A DNA stretch of 64,000 bases. Source: Amphiscolops sp. MND2022 (lineage: Eukaryota). Location of the stretch: contig OZ076409.1 in the NCBI GenBank assembly GCA_964187785.1, positions 50,780,001 through 50,844,000 of the forward strand. Direction: 5' to 3'. Shown one piece after another: positions 60,401-64,000 of the stretch. Position numbers and translations under genes: made by a program. Each line of letters starts with the position of its first letter. Positions within the stretch are counted from its first letter, which is position 1. The notes below the pieces were generated by a model. That model made no database searches. It was not told where the DNA came from and saw only the letters and a program-made list of their open reading frames with translations.

Positions 60401-61819
60401 AATCGTATGGAAGTGTCGAAAAAATCGAATTTTAGTTGAGCATAGTGCAATACCTTGTAGGTATCCCAGCACTAAACGTTTTGCGTTTTCGTTCGTACGG
60501 CACTAGATCTCGACAATTTGTGCATTTTGAGCGTTTTGCTACTATCCAACTTGGAAAAATTGACTTTTTTGTAAATTTTGACCCCAAAAAGTGACATATA
60601 AGGTACATCATAGTTTTGTCAACTCGGATTGCAGAATATTGACATGGGCACTCTGCTTTTTCATTTTTGTTTTTGTGTTACGTGGGCGTAATTCACGCTC
60701 GCTTATTAACTTTAAGGTAGCTAGGAAGCCTAGAAGGCGAGTTCGACAGACTTGTGTGAATTTCACAACAAGGTCGATTTTTCTGACAACATTGTTGAGC
60801 AAACGCAAGTCACGTGCAGTCAATTTTAGCGCAATCAGTGGTAATTTCCCCAAGATTCAGCTACTGTAGTATACTGTGTGAAATATTCAAGTCGCTAGTA
60901 GCTCTAAAAGTGATTCTCGCCTTTACCAGAAGTGCATATTGGCGAAAAACTTACGATTTTGTGATATTTTGCGAAAAATCACAATTTTCCTAGATGTAGT
61001 TGCAGGCGAGGGCCCAAAAGACCCTAATAATACTAACAAGCCACCCAAAGCACGTCCTGTTGAAGCACTTTGAATCGAGCTAGATCAACCCTAAGATCTT
61101 GGGTTTGTCGAAAAACTGTCTACGAGACATAAAATCGAAAAACACAAAAACAGTATTTTCTTTCTCAATAGCTACCAAAGTCGCCTAGGTGCAAACTCTT
61201 TGCTGTATTCACGCATAATCCAACCTAGAAACGCCATGCAAGAGCCAAAACGAGTTTAAGGGTAAATTTGGAGACCTAGACTTGGTACGCAGCGCGTCTC
61301 GAAACAGATTGTCAAGTACAGTAGCATCTATATGTGTTAAGAACTGTGTTTCCCTTGATCGTGATACGATCTGAATAGTAAAACTCTCTTGATTGAAAGT
61401 GTCCTAATATCTACTTACCCCCAAGATCTATTCCCCTTGCCCCCTTTTTGTTGCAACCCCACTTGTGCCCTCTAACCAAAGGGCAGTGCGAGTTAAAAAA
61501 AAGCAAATGCTTAAGGAGCAAATCGTGGTGATTTCTTTATTAAATCACCGTAAAGCTCATTTAGCGTGCCAGGGCTTTTCTGTTCGCTCCAACCGCATAG
61601 CCTGTGGCTGGACAAAAAGTAGATCAGTGTGAGTCAAAATTCATTTTCGAAGAATAACTATCTCCAGTTAGTGGGGAAGCAAATCTTTTTGTTTTGATTA
61701 GTGGTAGTTAGCACCAGTGCATGTGATCTAGAGTCTGTAGATTGTGGGCCAGCAACTTTCGATTTATAACCTAGAAAACAATCACGAGCTGCAAGCTCCA
61801 GAACGGCAATCAATCGAGC

Positions 61820-64000
61820 ATGAACTCAGGCGAGATTGATAAATTGAAGTCTTTGAAGGAATCGAACAAGCAGCCGAGCAAGTTTCATGTTACGAATCTA
61901 TTTGCAAGCGCTGTAGAGGAGTTGTCTAGGTTTGGTGCACGTGCTAAGATGGCAACGGATGACATGATTGCAAACAAGTTTTTATACGACGTCATGTCGG
62001 ATAAAGTATCAAACGCCGAGCAAATCTCGCAATTGGCATTTTCCTGCCAACCAAATTCTTCTCGAGCATCTTCTGATATAGCATCATTCTAACCTTGCAT
62101 ATGGCACTGCCAAAAACCTCGGTAGCGTTTGGCCTCCCCCGAATATCTCTGAGATTTCTTTGGGAAACTGGCCAATTTCAAATAGAGGACAAGCTGACAT
62201 CTCGAACATCACTGAGTGGGTAGAGAACATGAGTGTAGGTATGACTTTATGAGGAGTTACGCCACAGTTGAGCATGGAAGCGGACCCGCTGGGTCCAAAG
62301 CTCCGATGTTTAGTGCTAGCAGAAACGAATTTGCTGACACCGCAGTTATTCCTTCAGGATGTCACCTCCAGAATTTTTCTTTTACCACTGGACAACTGCT
62401 AGGTCCTAGCACACTACGACTGGAACGCACGGCAATTTCTCAACATTCAGACTCAGATAGCATAACGTCCCCACGTTTGACCATTACTAGAGGCATCAAG
62501 GAAACTGAAGCCATTAAGACTTGGGATGGAGAATGGCACAGTTTAAACAAGTCCAGGCCAAGTTAGTCCAAGAGAATAGTGACCATGCTCAGCGAGCTGA
62601 AGTTTTAATGAAGGAAATGGAGGAACTGAGAAGCGTATTGATTGAAATAAAATAGAGGGACGCATCAACCAGGGCAAGCTAGATACGTCAATGGCATCAG
62701 TCAAGCGCATATCCGAAATGACGACGATAATGGCGCAAAGAGATCGACAAGCTGATGCACGTCTGAAGCTCATGTCAGAAGCGATGCATCGCAGAGACAT
62801 CGATTTCGACAAATGCATGGTGAACTTCATCACTACAGTTCAAGACATACCCCCTGGGGTAAAAGCGGTAGTGGCGACGGTACCACGTCGTCCTTCACCT
62901 GTGCCAGTGGCACTAAACGCTGCCAATTTACTACCCACAAGTGCAATTTCGACTCAACAGCCCACCTATAGAGAAGTAGTTCACCGCCAAAGCGGAACAA
63001 AGCCCGACCAAAGAAATCTGAATCAAGAGACATTAGAATAGGCTGCAAAAGGCAATACACCGAACACAAAACACGGGCAAGCGTTAGCTGAAGCGATTAC
63101 CAATGCGATGTCCAAAAGTTTGGAACCGCTACTAGCGACAAAAATAAACCGACAAAATATTGCGGCACGCGCGATGGCATATTAGATGGTTCGCTAATGC
63201 TCATGAAACGCTATTTGGAGAAAGCACACGCAAATGATACTCCACTAGATAGAACATGGACCACCGTTGATTTCCTAGAGAATGAGGCACGAGACTATAT
63301 TACGAACAAATCCGAGGCTGAACGCGACACGGATGAAAAAGTCTTCGCGCTATTAGCGCGTCGCTTTGGAACGGGATCTAGTAAGATCCAAATACAGCAG
63401 CAATTCCAACTGCGCAATCAGTCCAACGACAAAGATTACATGCAATACCTAGACGCACTTGAAGGTTTGCGCAGCCAAGGTTTTCCGAATGAGGAGGTGA
63501 GAGTAAGCAGTAAGGCGCTTCGAGCTCATGCAAAAATTCATCGACGGTGTACGCAATGTTGAGTTGAAGCGAAATCTTGCACTCGTGTACGCACAAGGAC
63601 AGTATTTGGAGACACCTCCAACTGTGGAAGCGTTACGGTTCACGTTACAACAATACTTGCACATGCGCGGCCGTATCCGCTCTGAGAATTATCCAGCGCC
63701 TCAGCAACAGCAACAGTCTTTACTTGCAAACCAACAACACTCAATACCAGCAGTGGCTGCCCAAGTGCTTAACGTTCAACTACCCCCACAGCAGCATGCA
63801 GCTTATAAACAGCAACCGCAGCGAGCATGTTTTAACTGTGGTGACCCATCGCACATTGTGACAGATTGTCATTGAAAGGATCGAGCATGAACACAGATGC
63901 AACTCATGTCGCTCGAAATTAGCCGGTGAATGGACTTGTCCTTCAAACTCTCTTGGCATGAATAATGACATTGTGCCTGCAACAATACCAGAATAAGGAA
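61820..64000 (+). mobile_element. Decayed LTR-retrotransposon gag region, continuing beyond the window
   Basis: Gag-like fragments (FLENEARDY, QFQLRNQ...YLDAL, QKFIDGVRN) and zinc knuckle CFNCGDPSHIVTDC at ~63830..63872. Confidence 0.75.

Noticed and set aside
55400..61400. Short ORFs in the AT-rich right-hand region
   Set aside because: No recognisable domains or consistent exon structure; probably old repeat-derived DNA that I cannot classify.

Overview
AT-rich eukaryotic DNA with spliceosomal introns, probably from an invertebrate animal; the species cannot be determined from the window. It holds one host gene, a two-coding-exon Rho-family GTPase (22315..22504 + 51556..51938) with a 29-kb intron, and is otherwise dominated by transposons. 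The main features are two distantly related ~15-17 kb Ty3/Gypsy LTR retrotransposons on the minus strand. Element A spans <1..15678 and is young and nearly intact. Element C spans 28747..44029, is decayed, has a GGTAT target-site duplication (TSD) and lies inside the Rho intron. They share an unusual architecture: (i) long 1.8-2.3 kb LTRs; (ii) gag starts 126-194 codons inside the 5' LTR and reads through the primer-binding site (PBS); (iii) an AAAAAAC -1 frameshift site at the gag/pol junction; (iv) an accessory cassette between pol and the 3' LTR. The cassette has an antisense, intron-containing gene of ~1070 aa (C2H2 zinc finger plus a region that by eye resembles a catalytically dead hAT-like transposase) and a divergently oriented sense ORF starting with a SUMO-interacting-motif (SIM)-like sequence. 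This cassette is the best candidate for an undescribed system. Also present: a decayed Mag-like Gypsy element (B, 15679..21260) into which A appears to be inserted, a MITE in pol of A, a hAT remnant, several copies of a Helentron/DINE-like non-autonomous repeat, two long palindromes and a decayed gag at the right edge. All homology calls are by-eye motif recognition; no searches were run.
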